A DNA stretch of 64,000 bases from Dendrobates tinctorius. Its lineage: Eukaryota. The stretch lies in contig NW_027361728.1 of assembly GCF_039654945.1 (NCBI RefSeq), forward strand, positions 91,078,001 through 91,142,000, read 5' to 3'. Shown piece after piece: positions 25,099 to 38,629 of the stretch. Under the pieces are notes generated by a model, which saw nothing but the letters and a program-made list of their open reading frames with translations, made no database searches and had not been told where the DNA came from. Numbering within the stretch: the first letter of the stretch is position 1; each line of letters starts with the position of its first letter. The position numbers and the translations under genes are program-made.

Positions 25099-26687
25099 CA
25101 GTTGTGTGAAAAAGTGTTTGACCCTTCCTGATTTCCTATTCTTTTGCATGTTTGCCACACTTAAATGATTTTAGATCACCAAACACATTGAAATATTAGA
25201 CAAACACAAACAAGCACAAAATGCAGTTTTTAAATGAAGGTCTCCATTATTAAGCGAAAAAGAAATCCAAACCTACTGGGTCCTGTGTGAAAATGATTGC
25301 CACCTAAACCTAATAACTGGTTGGGCCCCCCTTAGCAGCAACAACTGCAATAAAGCGTTTGCGATAACTGGCAAAGAGTCTTTTACAATGCTCTGGAGGA
25401 ATTTTGACCCACTCATCTTTGCAGAATTGTTTTAATTCAGCCACATTAGAGAGTTTCCGAGCATGAACCACCTTTTTAAGGTCATGCCACATCATCTCAA
25501 TTGGCCACTAAAAAGTCTTAATTTTGTCTTTCTTAAGCCATTCAGAGGTAGACTTGCTGGTGTGTTTTGGATCATTATCCTGCTGCATAACCCAAGTGCA
25601 CTTCAGCTTGAGGTCATTGACAGATGGCCGGACATTCTCCTCCATTATTTTTTTGTAGACAGCAGAATTCATGGTTCCATTTACAACAACAATTAATTCA
25701 GCTCCTGAAATAGCAAAACCATGACACTACCACCACCATATTTTTCTGTGGTATAAGGTTCCTCTTCTGAAATGCTGTTACTTCTACGCCAGAAGTAATG
25801 GGACACACACATTCCAAAAAGTCCAATTTTTCTCTTCTCTTGTCAGTCCAGAGAGTATTCTCCCAAAAGTCTTGGGGGATCATCAAGATGTTTTCTAGCA
25901 AAATTGAGATGAGCCTTTGTGTTCTTAATGCTCAGCAGTGGTTTTCGTCTTGGAACTCTGCCATGCAGGCCATTTTTGCCCAGTCTCTTTCTTATAGTGG
26001 TGTCATGAACACTTAACTGAGGCAAGTGAGGCCTGCAGTTCTTTGGATGTTGTTGTGGGGTCTTTTCTAACCTCTTGGAAGAGTCATCGCTGTGCTTTTG
26101 GTGTCATTTTAGGCACCTGGCAATTTCTGGGAAGGTTCATCACTGTTCCATGTTTCTGACATTTGTGCATAATGGCTCTCTCTGTGGTTCACTGGAGTCC
26201 CAAAACTTTAGAAATGTCTTTATAACCTTTTCAAGACTGATAGATCTCAATTACTTTGTTTCTCATTTGTTCCAGAATTTCTTTGGATCCCGGCATGATG
26301 CCTAGCTTTTGAGGATCATTTGGTCTACTTCACTTTTGTCAGGCAGGTCCTAGTTAAGTGATTTCTTGATTGAGAATAGGTGTGGCATTAATTAGGCCTG
26401 GGTGTGGCTAAGGAATTTGAACTCAGCATCCCAAAGGTGTGATAAATCACAGTTAATTTAAGTTTTAAGAGGGGAAGGGCAATCACTTTTTCACACGGGG
26501 CCATGTAGGTTTGGATTTCTTTTTCACTTACTTGTAAAGACCTTCATTTAAAAACTGCATTTTGTGTTTACTTGTGTTATCTTTGTCTTATATTTAAATT
26601 TGTTTGGTGATCTGAAACATTTAACTGTGACTAGCACGCAAAGGAATAGGAAATAAGGAAGGCAGCAAACACTGTTTCACACAACTG
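25099..26687 (-). mobile_element. Frog Prince-like Tc1 transposon, transposase decayed (about 25310-26296)
   Basis: TIR CAGTTGTGTGAAAAAGTGTTTG, TA flanks; MPGSKEILEQMRNKVIEIYQS...AKGGPTSY resembles the recalled Frog Prince transposase; many stops and frameshifts. Confidence 0.88.
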
Positions 26688-27002
26688 TACATCCTATTGA
26701 TGTTTTCATACATTTAAGTATATGAGACAGTACTTCAGCCTGGAGGTGTTTTACAGTCTGTGCACTGCCAGAGAAAAGAAAATAATGGCACAAACTATCA
26801 GTTGCTCAATTAATTTATTATATAAAATACACTTTCTCAACTGATAATTAAAATATAAAATCAGCTAATCATTTTACCAACTCTGATTGCGTACATGTAT
26901 ATAGACATGGTTGGTACTATTTATGCAATCTCTGCTTCTTTACTGCATGTACTGATGGTGATAATATTACTTTTTATTTAATATAAAAAAGATATTTGTA
27001 CT

Positions 27003-27625
27003 AAGGCTATAAAAAGGCCACGTCTGACTTCTTGCTAAGTTTTTTACCTCAGTGTTTATAAGTCAAAACCAGGAGTGGATGAAAAATGCAGAAGTGGTGA
27101 CGTGTTTCTATTATGCCTTTTCTCTGATTGCTCCACTCCAGATTCTTGCTTACAAACACTGACGTAAAAAATTACTAAATACCGACCAAATACTCAACGT
27201 GTTAATGTAACCTCACTGAATCACACTGAAAGTCATCTAAGGCCACACGCACAGGTTGACTAATTAGTGAGGTTTTTTTTTGCCTCAGTATTTGTAAGCC
27301 AAAATCAGGAGGGAAAACAATCAGAGGATAATTTTAAGGCCACATTCACATATTCAGTATTTGTTCATTATTTTATATCAATATATGGAAGCCAAAGTGG
27401 ATGTAAAATGCAGAAGTGGTGATGTATTTCTATTATACTTTTCCTCTGTTTGTTCCACTTCTGATTTTGGCTTACAAATACTGATGTAAAATACTGACCA
27501 AATACTGAGCATGTAAATGAGACCTAATAAAAACACGTCACCACTTCTGCAATCTTCACCCACTCCTGATTTTGACTTACAAATACTGATGTTAAAACTT
27601 ACCAGATACTCAACTTGTGGCCTTA
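27003..27625. repeat. Cluster of degenerate short MITEs (same family as 9951-10124)
   Basis: Repeated GTATTTGTAAGCCAAAA / TTTTGGCTTACAAATACTGA motifs in both orientations. Confidence 0.6.
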
Positions 27626-27658
27626 AGTCACATTCATTCCCATGAAAGTTGCACCTCA

Positions 27659-28091
27659 GGCTACTTTCACACTTGCGTTTTTTTGCGCTGCGCACTGTGC
27701 GCAGTGCAAACGCACATAAAAAAACACATCATGCGTTTGTGTGCGTTTTTTTGCGGGTTTGGGTGCATTTTTTAAAAAAAACGCATTTTTTTGCGTATAC
27801 TTGCACATTACTATGTGCACGTATGTGCACCCATAGGCTATAATGGGTGCTTGGCTGTAACGCATTGCGTGCGCATGCATTTTTTGGGGGCAAGTCGGAC
27901 GCACAAAAAATGCAACAGGATGCATTTTGTGCGCCCGAGCGCACACTACAAAAAAACGCATGCGCATGCAAACGCTTACAAACGCATGTGTATGCGCACC
28001 TATGCGCACCCATGTAAAAGATAGGGAAAAAAACGCATGCCTTTTTTTGCGCTAAAAAACAGCGCAAAGAAACGCAAGTGTGAAACCAGCC
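27659..28091. mobile_element. Palindromic Harbinger/Tourist-like MITE
   Basis: GGCTACTTTCACACTTGCGTTT / AAACGCAAGTGTGAAACCAGCC; flanks TCA/TTA; AAAACGCA motifs. Confidence 0.85.
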
Positions 28092-29331
28092 TTAGTTGCA
28101 CCTTTTGCTTATTTCTTAAAATCTTAATCTCTTTTACTGAAATATACAGCAATATGACTAGTGCACTTTGTATTACCTAAAACTCTTCTTTGAAAGCTCC
28201 AGATCAAAGACTCAGGTTCTAGCAGGGTTTTGTACTGTAAGAAATTATATTAAACTATAATACACGACTTACAGCAACACTTTCCACATACAGAAACACA
28301 CTTGATTTTTAGCACAAACCCAATTCTAAAAAAGGTTGGGACTCTGTAAAGGACACAAGAATGCAAAGATTTGGAAATCCCCTGCAGCCATATTTTATTA
28401 AGAGAACAAAGAACACAGATTAGTAGGCTAACTTTAAACATTTTTACATTTCATTTTTTAAAAAAAATTACTCATTTAGACGTTAATAGAAGAAACACAT
28501 CTTAAAAATTTAGGACAAAAGGCTGGAAAAGTGGTGCCAATGAAAAACAGCTGGAGGGTCAATTTTACACTGTCTATACAAAGGACATGTTAAGAGAGAC
28601 AGAGTCTCTAAGAAGCAAAGATGGTCAGGCGTTCACCACTCTGTGAACAACTTGTGGAATAATTTCAGAAAAATGTTCTTCAGCATAAAATTGCAAATAC
28701 TTTGAATATTCCACCATCTACAGCATATAACATCATCAAAATATTCAGGAATTCTGGAGAGATCCATGTGCTCAAGGATGTGAAAATGACCTTTGAGAAC
28801 TTCTGTTGAAGATCATGTGGTGTGTAGGTTTGGTTCTTCTGATGTACAGTAAACTTGCATTATAGTTTTGCAAAATTGTAAACTTGTGTCATAATATGAT
28901 AGCCAATATTGTTGAATGTCTAGTAGTTTATACAATTTAAATCATACTATAGAATGTTTGTTTTATTTACAAACATGTTTTATTTTATTGTTGTATTTTA
29001 TTTGTTTTAATGATATGGGGCAAGGCCGACGGTCAATATTGGATACTAGTGATCGATGGGTTCTCAGGCAACACTGAATTAAGATCAGGCTCGATCATGC
29101 AAAAAGGATTCCCTATATCAACACAATGGAGAAATTCTGCCGCCTTCTCTGGACAAAAGCTCATTTCAAATGCCAAGAAAGAGAGAATAACACACTGATA
29201 CTCACAAAATGCTGGTATAGTAAAGCTGCCGGTAGTAGGGCAGGCTCTGTGAGTTAGCCCGTCAGCAAAGTGTCATCTCATCACCTAATTTGAAATGCAT
29301 CAGGGCAAAAGGAAAAACTGCTCTGTGGACA

Positions 29332-29610
29332 CAGTGTCGGACTAGCGTGCCAAGGGCCCACCAGTAACACTGACTTTGGGGGCCCACTTGCATGCAAATA
29401 TTACACTACCCTCGTTCACAAATTTACCTATATCTCTATATAATAATAAACTGGGTAGTTTGATTAATGAATGATTAGATGTTGCCATTTTCTATAAAGA
29501 ATCAATTGAATTATGCCAAGTACTTCTCATACAGTGGGGTTGGGGGCCCAGATCTGCACAGGGGCCCACTGGGGGATTGCCCTGTTTCCCTATGGGCCAG
29601 TCCAAGCCTG
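29332..29610. mobile_element. hAT MITE
   Basis: 8-bp TSD TGTGGACA; CAGTGTCGGACT / AGTCCAAGCCTG termini. Confidence 0.85.
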
Positions 29611-32600
29611 TGTGGACAGGTGAATAAAAATGTGAAATTCTTTATGGAAACCACAGACACCATGACCTGCGGGTTCAAGAGGAGAGGAATCATAAAGCAT
29701 GATATCACTGCACAATATAAAAGCCTGCATCTCTGATGGTATGGGGTTGTATTAGTGACTATAGCATTGGCAGCTTACACATCTTGTTCGGCACTATCAC
29801 TGCTGAGTATTATAGAGGGGATTTAGAACAACATATGCTCCCATCCAAACAGTGTCCATTTCAGGGAAGGCCTTGAATATTTCAGCAGGACAATGCTAAA
29901 CCACATACTGCATCCATTACAACAGCCTGACCTTAGAGAAGAAGTATTCGGTGATGAACTGGTCACTTGTAATGCCAACCTTCCCCCATGAAAAAACATT
30001 TTGTGTATTATTAAACAAAAGATCCTACATTAGACAAGAATGCTACAAAATTCATCTACCAAAACATCAGCAATTGGTCTCCTCTAAAGATGAGCAGATC
30101 GTTTAAAATTCATATTTTCCGGCTTCTATCAATTTTCCCAAAAATTCATTTTGTGCTAATGTCAATACTGTAAAGTTTGTAATTGCTTGAAAAATACATG
30201 TGGGAGAAAGAAGATAGAGGGAGAACCACTACGGCCATAAGAGCTTACACGCTACAGCCAAGTGAGAGAGAAGACCCTTTTCTGACCATAAGAGCTTGCA
30301 CTCTATAAGAGAAAGAGTGACTCTGGAGATGGAAAATGACTGTCGTATAAACTGTGCTCCACTGGGAACTTGTGCTCTTAGATGTCCAAGGCTGACCATC
30401 ACTGTACAAGGTGTGATGATTATTATTATTATTATTATGCATTTATATAGCGCCATTTATTCCAAGGCACTTTACATGTGAAAAGGGGAAATATAGACAA
30501 GTATAATAAACATGTGTAAGACAAGGGACACACAAGTACATAAGGAGAGGGAACCCTGCCCGCGAGGGCTCACAGTCTACAGGCATGGGTGAGGATACAG
30601 TAGGAGAGGGTAGAGCAGGTCTTGCTGTGGTTCAGTAGACCGAGGATCATTGCAGGCTGTAGGCTTGTCGGAACAGGTGAGTCTTCAGGTTCTTCTTGAA
30701 GGTTTCCGTTGATGGTGAGAGTCTGATGTGTTGCGGCAGGGAGTTCCAGAGTATGGGGGAAGCACGGGAGAAGTCTTGTATGCGGTTGTGGGAAGAAGAG
30801 ATAAGGGGGAGTAGAGAAGGAGATCTTGAGATGATAAAAGGTTGCGTGCGGGTAGGTACCTAGAGACCATGTCACAGATGTATGGAGGAGACAGGTTGTG
30901 GATGGCTTTGTATGTCATGGTTAGGGTTTTGAATTGTAGCCTCTGGGCAATAGGAAGCCAGTGAAGGGCCTGGCATAGGGGGGAGGCTGGGAAATAGCGG
31001 GGAGACAGGTGAACTAGTCAGGCAGCAGAGTGTAGGATGGACCTGAGCGGAGCCAGAATGCTAGCGGGGAGGCCAGAGAGTAGGAGGTTGCAGTAGTCGA
31101 GGTGGGAGATGATAAGAGCATGCACTAGTGTTTTTGTGGTTTCGTGGTTGAGGAATGAGCGGATACGGGAAATATTTTGAGTTTGAGGCGGCAGGAGGAG
31201 GCGAGGGCTTGGATATGTGGTTTGAAAGAGAGCGCAGAGTCGAGGATCACCCCAAGGCACCGAGCGTGCGGGACTGGGGAAAGAGAGCAGCCGTTGACAT
31301 TGATGGATAGGTCTGGTGGAGGGGTAGAGTGAGATGGGGAAAGATGATGAATTCTGTTTTGTCCATGTTCAGTTTGAGAAAGCGAGCAGAGAAGAAGGCT
31401 GAGATAGCAGACAAACATTTTGGGATTTCAGTCAGTAAGGAGGCGAGGTCGGGTCCAGATAGGTAGATCTGCGTGTCATCGGCATAGAGGTGATACTGCA
31501 AACCGTGGGATTCTGTGAGCTGTCCCAAGCCGAAGGTATAGATGGAGAATAGTAGGTGTCCTAGGACAGAGCCTTGGGGAACACCGACAGACAGGGGGTG
31601 AGGTGAGGAGGTGGTGTGTGAGAGGGAGACACTAAATGTTCGGTCTGTTAGGTATGATGAGATCCAGGATAGGGTCAGGTCTGTGATGCCAAGGGATGAG
31701 AGAGTCTGTAGCAGGAGGGAATGGTCTACAGTGTCAAAGGCAGAGGACAGGTCCAGGAGAAGGAGGACAGAGTAGTTTCGCTTGCTCTTGGCGGTTAGTA
31801 AGTCATTAGTGACTTTAGTTAGGGCAGTTTCAGTTGAGTGATGCGGTCAGAAGCCAGATTGTAACCGGTCAAAGAGGGAACAGGAGGAGAGGTGGGAGGA
31901 CAGTTCAAGATATACATGCTGTTCCAGTAGTTTTGAGGCGTAAGGGAGAAGAGATATTGGGCGATAGTTAGACACAGAGGATTGGTCAAGGGAGGGCTTT
32001 TTGAGGATGTGTGTGATTGAGGCATGTTTGAAGGATGAGGGAAAGACACCATTTGTAAGTGAAAGGTTGAAAAGGTGTGTTAGAGATGGGATGAGGACTG
32101 TGGCCAAGTTAGGGATGAGGTGAGACGGGAGTGGGTCGAGGGCACAAGTGGTGAGGTGTGATCTTGACAGAAGGGTGGAGAGCTGATCTTCTGTCATGGT
32201 GGAGAAGCTGGGTTTTGCAGAACAGGGCTGAGCGGCTAAGAGGGGCATTGGGGGCTGCGGGCCAAAGTTTTGTCTGATTGTGTCGATCTTCTGCTTAAAG
32301 AAGGAGGTAAAGTCTTCAGCAGAAATGAGAGGAGGGGGAGGAGGTGTTGTGGGACTGAGTAGAGAATTGAAAGTATTGAAGAGCTGTTTAGGGTTGCGAG
32401 ACAGGGAGGATATGAGAGATGTGAAGTAAGTTTGTTTTGGGGCAGAGAGAGCGTGGACTTAAAGCTGACAAGGGACTGCTTGTATGCATTGACGTGCTCA
32501 GTAGAATGGGTTCTCTTCCATCTCCGCTCAGCAGCCCTGGAAACCAGTCTTAGTTCTTTGGTCAGGCTGGTCAGCCAGGGCTGCCTGTTCATTGTTCGAG

Positions 32601-32904
32601 TTTTGCTCTGCGTGAGGGGGGCAGCCGAATCGAGTGTTGCTGTTATTGTTGTGTTATAAAAAGTGGCAGCAGCATCTGTGTCATGAATAGTGTTGAGCTT
32701 TCCGATACCTCAAGTATCGGGTATCGGCCGATATTTGCCGTATCGGAATTCCGATACCGAGTACCGATACTTTTTTCGTATCGGATACCGGAATCGGAAG
32801 TCCAAAATGCAATGAGCCACTTTTGTGGCTCTGATTGGCTGCCGAAATGACGTCATCATGATGCGCTGTCTGTGCGCATCATGATGCGCCGTCAGTTCGG
32901 GCCT

Positions 32905-33170
32905 TCGGGGGGTCTGTGCCGACTGTCCGGGGGTCTGTACCGGCCTGCCGGGGGGCTGTGCCGACTGTCTGGGGGTCTGTACCGGCCTGCCGGGGGGCTG
33001 TGCCGTCCTGCCGGTGGTCTGTGCCGACTGTCCGGGGGTCTGTGCAGGCTCCGGGGGTCTGTGCCGACTGCCCGGGGGTCTGTGCGGCCTGCCGGGGGTC
33101 TGTACCGGCCTGCTGGGGGGCTGTGCCGGCCTGCCGGTGGTCTGTGCAGGCTCCGGGGGTCTGTGCAGGC
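32905..33170. repeat. GC-rich ~20-22-bp minisatellite (mirror copy 34748-35030)
   Basis: GGGGGTCTGTGCCGACTGCCC-like units. Confidence 0.85.
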
Positions 33171-33301
33171 ATCGTCCGATGGGACTACAAGTCCCATCGG
33201 GCGATGCCTGCTACCATGACAGTGATTGACACATTAGTCAATGATGGGACAGTAGTAGTCCCATCATCCGGCTAATGTGTTGAATGTAAAAAAAAAAAAA
33301 T

Positions 33302-34025
33302 TACATGCTACATACATGCTACATACATGCTACATACATACAACATGCATACTACATATATACTACATGTAACATACATACTACATATATACTACATGCA
33401 ACATACATACTACATACATGCTACATACTACATGCATACTACATACATGCTACATACATGCTACATATTACATACATGCTACATACATACTACATGCTAC
33501 ATACATACTACATACATACTACATACATAATACATATATACTACATGCATGCAACATGCATACTACATATATACTATATATACTACATGCAACATACATA
33601 CTACATATATACTACATGCTACATACATGCAACATACATACTACATACTTGCTACATACATACTACATACATGCTACATACATACTACATACATACAACA
33701 TATATACTACATGCTACATACATGCAACATACACACTACATGCTACATACCTGCAACATACATACTACATACCTGCTACATACTACATGCATACTACATA
33801 CATACTACATACATGCTACATACTACATGCATACTACATACATACTACATACATGCTACATACATACTACATACATACACTACATGCATGCAACATACAT
33901 ACTACATATATACCACATGCATGCAACATGCATACTACATATATACTGCATATATACTACATGCATGCAACATACATATATACTACATACAATACATACA
34001 TATAGACATACAGTACATATAACAT
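33302..34025. repeat. (TACA)/(CATA)-rich low-complexity tract (mirror copy 34258-34616)
   Basis: Directly visible; explains the spurious H/T/Y-rich ORFs. Confidence 0.95.
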
Positions 34026-36519
34026 AGAGTACATACTCACCGTCACTTGTCACTTTGATCCCCGAAGCCATTGTCGCCTGAGGAATAAATATCAAAATAA
34101 AAAAACACCAATATACTTACCCCGATCTGCAGAAGTCCACGAGAGTCCCACGTCGATCTTGCGTGGAGAACAGCAGCATCAGCTGATGCTACCGTTCTCA
34201 ACCAGCTCCAGGAATACAATGACGGAAGGTAGGTATCCTTCCGCACTGTATTCCTCTTAGCATGTATGTAGTATGTATGTAGTATGCATGTAGTATGTAG
34301 CATGTATGTAGTATGTATGTAGTATGTATGTAGCAAGTATGCAGTATGTATGTTGCATGTATGTAGCATGTAGTATATATGTAGTATGTATGTTACATGT
34401 AATATATATGTAGTATATATGTAGTATGCATGTTGCATGCATGTAGTATATATGTTGTATGTATGTTGCATGCATGTAGTATATATGTATTATGTATGTA
34501 GTATGTATGTTGCATGTATGTAGCATGTAGCATGTATGTTGCATGTAGTATATATGTAGTATGTATGTTACATGTAGTATATATGTAGTATGCATGTTGC
34601 ATGTATGTAGCATGTATTTTTTTTTTTTTACATTCAACACATTAGCCGGATGATGGGACTACTACTGTCCCATCATTGGCTAATGTGTCAATCACTGTCA
34701 TGGTAGCAGGCATCGCCCGATGGGACTTGTAGTCCCATCGGACGATGCCTGCACAGACCCCCGGAGCCTGCACAGACCACCGGCAGGCCGGCACAGCCCC
34801 CCAGCAGGCCGGTACAGACCCCCGGCAGGCTGCACAGACCCCCGGGCAGTCGGCACAGACCCCCGGAGCCTGCTCAGACCCCCGGGCAGTCGGCACAGAC
34901 CCCTGGCAGGCCGGTACAGACCCTCGGCAGTCCGCACAGACCCCCGGGCAGTCCGCACAGACCCCCGGGCAGTCAGCACAGACCCCCGGCAGACATGCAC
35001 AGCCCCCCAAAAGGCCCGTACAGACCCCAGAGAGGCTGTACAAGGCAAAAATAGGGTTTTTCTTATTCCGATACCAGAAGTCCCATAGACTTGAATGGGA
35101 CTTCCGGTATCGGAATCGGCGATACCCGATATTTTTTTTAGATCGGCCGATCCATTCCGATCCGATACTTTTAAGTATCGGACGGTATCGCTGAACACTA
35201 GTCATGAAGGGAAGCTATGTCTGTAAGAGGGAGAAGGGACTCAGAGAGTGATTGTAAATTGAGGTGTTTGAGATTCCTGCGTGGGTGAGCGAGTTTATCG
35301 AGCGGGGGTTGCACAGTAGGAGAGGAGAGGGAAGAGAATGTCAGTAGGTTGTGGTCAGACAGGGGGAGGGGTGTGTTATTGAGATTAGTGAGAGAACAGA
35401 GACGAGTGAGGATAAGGTCCAGTGTGTGACCATCTTTGTGAGTGGCCGCAGAGGACCATTGAGTGAGGCCAAGGGAAGCCGTGAGCGATAGAAGTTTAGA
35501 GGCAGCCAGGGTGGAATTGTCAATGGGGATGTTGAAGTCGCCCATGATGATGGTGGGGATGTCAGCAGAAAGGAAATGGTGTAACCAGGTGGTGAAGTGG
35601 TCGAGAAAGGTGGAAATTGCTAGTTCTGGGGGGCGGTAGATCACAGCCAGTTGGAGGGTGGAGGGGGAATAGATGCGGACAGAGTGCACCTCGAACGAGG
35701 GAAGAGTAGCGGAGCGTGGCAGAGGAATTGGGGTAGAGGAGCAGGTATCAGACAGGAGCAAGCCAACTCCTCCACAACATTTGTTGCTGGGGCGAGGGGT
35801 GTGAGAGAGATGGAATCCGCCATAGGAAAGCGCAGCTGGAGAGGCTGTGTCAGAGGGAGTGAGCCAGGTTTCAGTGATGGCGAGGAAGGAGAGTTTCTTG
35901 GTGATAAATAGGTCATGGATAAATGATAGCTTGTTGCATACAGAGCGTTCGTTCCACAGGGCTCCAGGTAAGGGGGTTGAGGGAGTGGGGGCTGGATGAA
36001 TGGGTATGAGGCTATCATGGTTGCAAGGACGTGTAGAGGATTGTGGCAGAGTGGTAGAAGTGAGTGTAGGGATGTGTTGAGGAGGATAATTCGACAAATG
36101 TCATACCTGCAGGGATTTATAGGGAAGCACTGGAAAATGATGTTAGCCATCTATCTGATGCTTCAGTGGTGTGGGAAATGATGGTGGATACGCTTATTTA
36201 ATTTTTTGTCAAATGCAAATTAAATCTCAAAATGTTGAAACTGCAAATTTCAGAAAATTTTACTCAAACTCGATCCTTCACAGATTGATCCAGCATCTCT
36301 AGTCTCCTTACTTCCCAGACATTTACAGACTGTAAAAGGAAGAGTGACTGATACAGAGAAGTAGTCATGCCCCTGAGCTATAGTTTTTGAGATGTGTTGC
36401 TGTCATTAATTTAAATGACTTAATTTTTTTCAAATTATATTGAAAATATCTGACTTTTAGTGTCTGATCTGTGTTCTATATTCTCAATAATTTGTTGTGA
36501 ATAAAATATGGCTATTAGA

Positions 36520-36972
36520 CAATGGTGTCCCACCAAAGGTGGCAGACCACATTATGGGGTCGTGAGTTGAGGACGGTTTGGTGTCAGTACTGGCACCAGC
36601 ACCCCTACGCTCGCCATCTTGCTTTCAACTGTATCGGCATCCTGGTCCTGGATGCCCATACAGTTGAAAACAATTGTGGGATAGGAAGCTGAGGGGAGAA
36701 CAATAGAATCATCATACCGTGTGTGTAGGGTACTGTGGAAGAATTCACTTTGAGGGTATCATACTCTGATTGGGGGGAACAATATTGTTGGCGTCATACT
36801 TTATGGGGGCAATGAAAGGGCAATTTAGGAGCTTCAATAGGTGGAAAATTACTCTGTAAAGACTGCAAAGTTTTGAGTTATGATTTTCTTCGACCCTGTC
36901 GAGCATAATTGTTTTTGTGGAGTGGATTAGATCTTCTGCTATGGGGTCCCATGATTTTTATTTATGCACCTG
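36520..36972. mobile_element. Degenerate hAT-type MITE
   Basis: Imperfect 8-bp TSD CTATTAGA / CTAATAGA; CA...TG termini. Confidence 0.5.
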
Positions 36973-37628
36973 CTAATAGAGATTTCCAAATCATTGCATT
37001 CTTGTTTATTTACATTTTATGTAGCGCACACTTTTTTGCATTTAGAGCTACATATTTCAACTACATATTAATAATTAAATCCAGCAATATGACTTTATTT
37101 AAGTAAAGAGTTAAGATGACCTATAAAGTTCAGGTTTCCTTTTCACAGAAAATGGGAAATGAGTGATTTGTTCTAGGCTGACATCAGGCGCTGAAGGGTT
37201 CAATCCAATTGTATCATACAGCAGAAATGACCTGGACCCATGCTGTTGTTTGTTTTACATTTTACACCTCCATTATTTTTTTCAGACACAATAGTACCGT
37301 GAAACATAAACCAGTTAATACTCTTGGACTCAAATGAAGAAATACAAGGTAATGGGTAAAGTAACATTAATATTCTCACTATGGTGCTTGCAGCCCACAG
37401 AGTATATTCTAATCTGGTCATTGCTCTTTATTGTGGATAATAAAATATATGATTGAATTGGAAGTGGTTATTATCCGAGAATGGTGAAAAGGTTAACTTA
37501 TAGTGACAAAGCTGCAATTATCCCTTTGACACTGCAGTTATCGAAAGGGATGTGTCAGCCTGGTGATATAGCTTTACCATGGAATATATAAAAAATGTTT
37601 TATTGCGAACCCAGAGGACCTGAGCATA

Positions 37629-37845
37629 CGGTTGAAACCAGAAGTTTACATACACTATATAAAAAGACACATGTGCATGTTTTTCTCAATATCTGACATG
37701 AAATCAGAATAAACATTTCCTGTTTTAGGTCAATTAGTATTAACATAATTATTAATATTTGCCAAATGCCAAAATCAGGAGAGAGAGAGAGAGAGAATTT
37801 TTTAATGGATTTTTATTACTTACTGCAAAGTCAAACGTTTACATA
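37629..37845. mobile_element. Sleeping Beauty-like IR/DR terminal fragment
   Basis: TA+CGGTTGAAACCAGAAGTTTACATACACT, with inner direct repeat GTCAAACGTTTACATA. Confidence 0.7.
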
Positions 37846-38629
37846 CAGTGGGGAAAAAGTAATTAGTCAGCCACCAATTGTGCAAGTTCTCCCACGTAAA
37901 AAGATGAGAGACCACAACTAGAGTTGAGCGACTTTTGTTTTTTTAGGGTCGCGTTTCGTTTCGTGAAACCCGACTTTTCCAAAAGTCGGGTCGAGCAAGA
38001 TCGTCCAATTATAGGGAAAAGTCGGGGTCGTCCCGAAACACGAAACCCAATGTAAGTCAATGGGGAATAAAAGTCGGCAGTGAGAGGAGGACAGGAAACA
38101 CACCAACAGTGCCCATTTGAATGCCAAAAGCATCAATTCTTCTTACTTAAGCTTGTCAACCTTAATTAACTTCATAATACAAGTTACGCACTGAAAAATG
38201 GGGGTTATTTGGCTACAGACTGTGGGGGGGAGGGCTGGCTCCAGGTTTTCATGTGCCCTGGGCGAAAGAGCGCCCCTTTAACACATACCACAACTCATCA
38301 TGCTCCGATACGGCAGAGAAATAGCGGTATAGTACAATGAAAAATACCTCACTTTTTACATCTCATGACGAGGCCCATCTATTTCTCCATACAGAATCAT
38401 TGGTCCCATATAATGTTTGAAACAGTATATGATGAGCTCCACATAATGCTACAGTAAATGTTGGTCCCCATGGATGAAGCTCTACTGTCTTATGGGCCCA
38501 AATAATGCTCCAAACATAATGGGCCCCATTTCTAATGCTCTAGTGTATAATGGGCCCTGTAAATGCTGCTCCAGTGTCTGATGTCCACCTTTGGAATGTT
38601 CCAGTGCATGGTGGGCCCCATCTATCATT

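Larger units (their letters stand above)
32688..35200. mobile_element. Non-autonomous hAT element with long internal inverted arms
   Basis: 8-bp TSD GTCATGAA; TIRs TAGTGTTGAGC / GCTGAACACTA; arms about 32905-33700 and 34260-35030 are reverse complements. Confidence 0.9.
30419..36097 (-). mobile_element. L2-clade LINE, 5' truncated, ORF2 frameshifted, interrupted at 32688-35200
   Basis: APE endonuclease 35198-36097 (ITETWL, YRPP, MGDFN, TLDL, SDH); RT NYRPISLL, YADD, LDYCN; (TAA)n tail at 30419-30438. Confidence 0.93.
30085..36301. mobile_element. Old hAT MITE expanded by an L2 insertion
   Basis: TAAAGATGAGC / GCATCTCTA termini; TSD GTCTCCTC / GTCTCCTT. Confidence 0.6.
28315..37050 (+). mobile_element. 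Old fragmented Tc1 element hosting several nested insertions
   Basis: Left TIR CAAACCCAATTCTAAAAAGGTTGGGAC; remnants such as FQQDNAKPH (about 29880); right TIR pieces 36370-36519 and 36981-37050. Confidence 0.65.

Noticed and set aside
32872-35205. Long Gly/Arg/Cys-rich and His/Thr/Tyr-rich ORFs
   Set aside because: Translations of mini- and microsatellites, open in several frames on both strands
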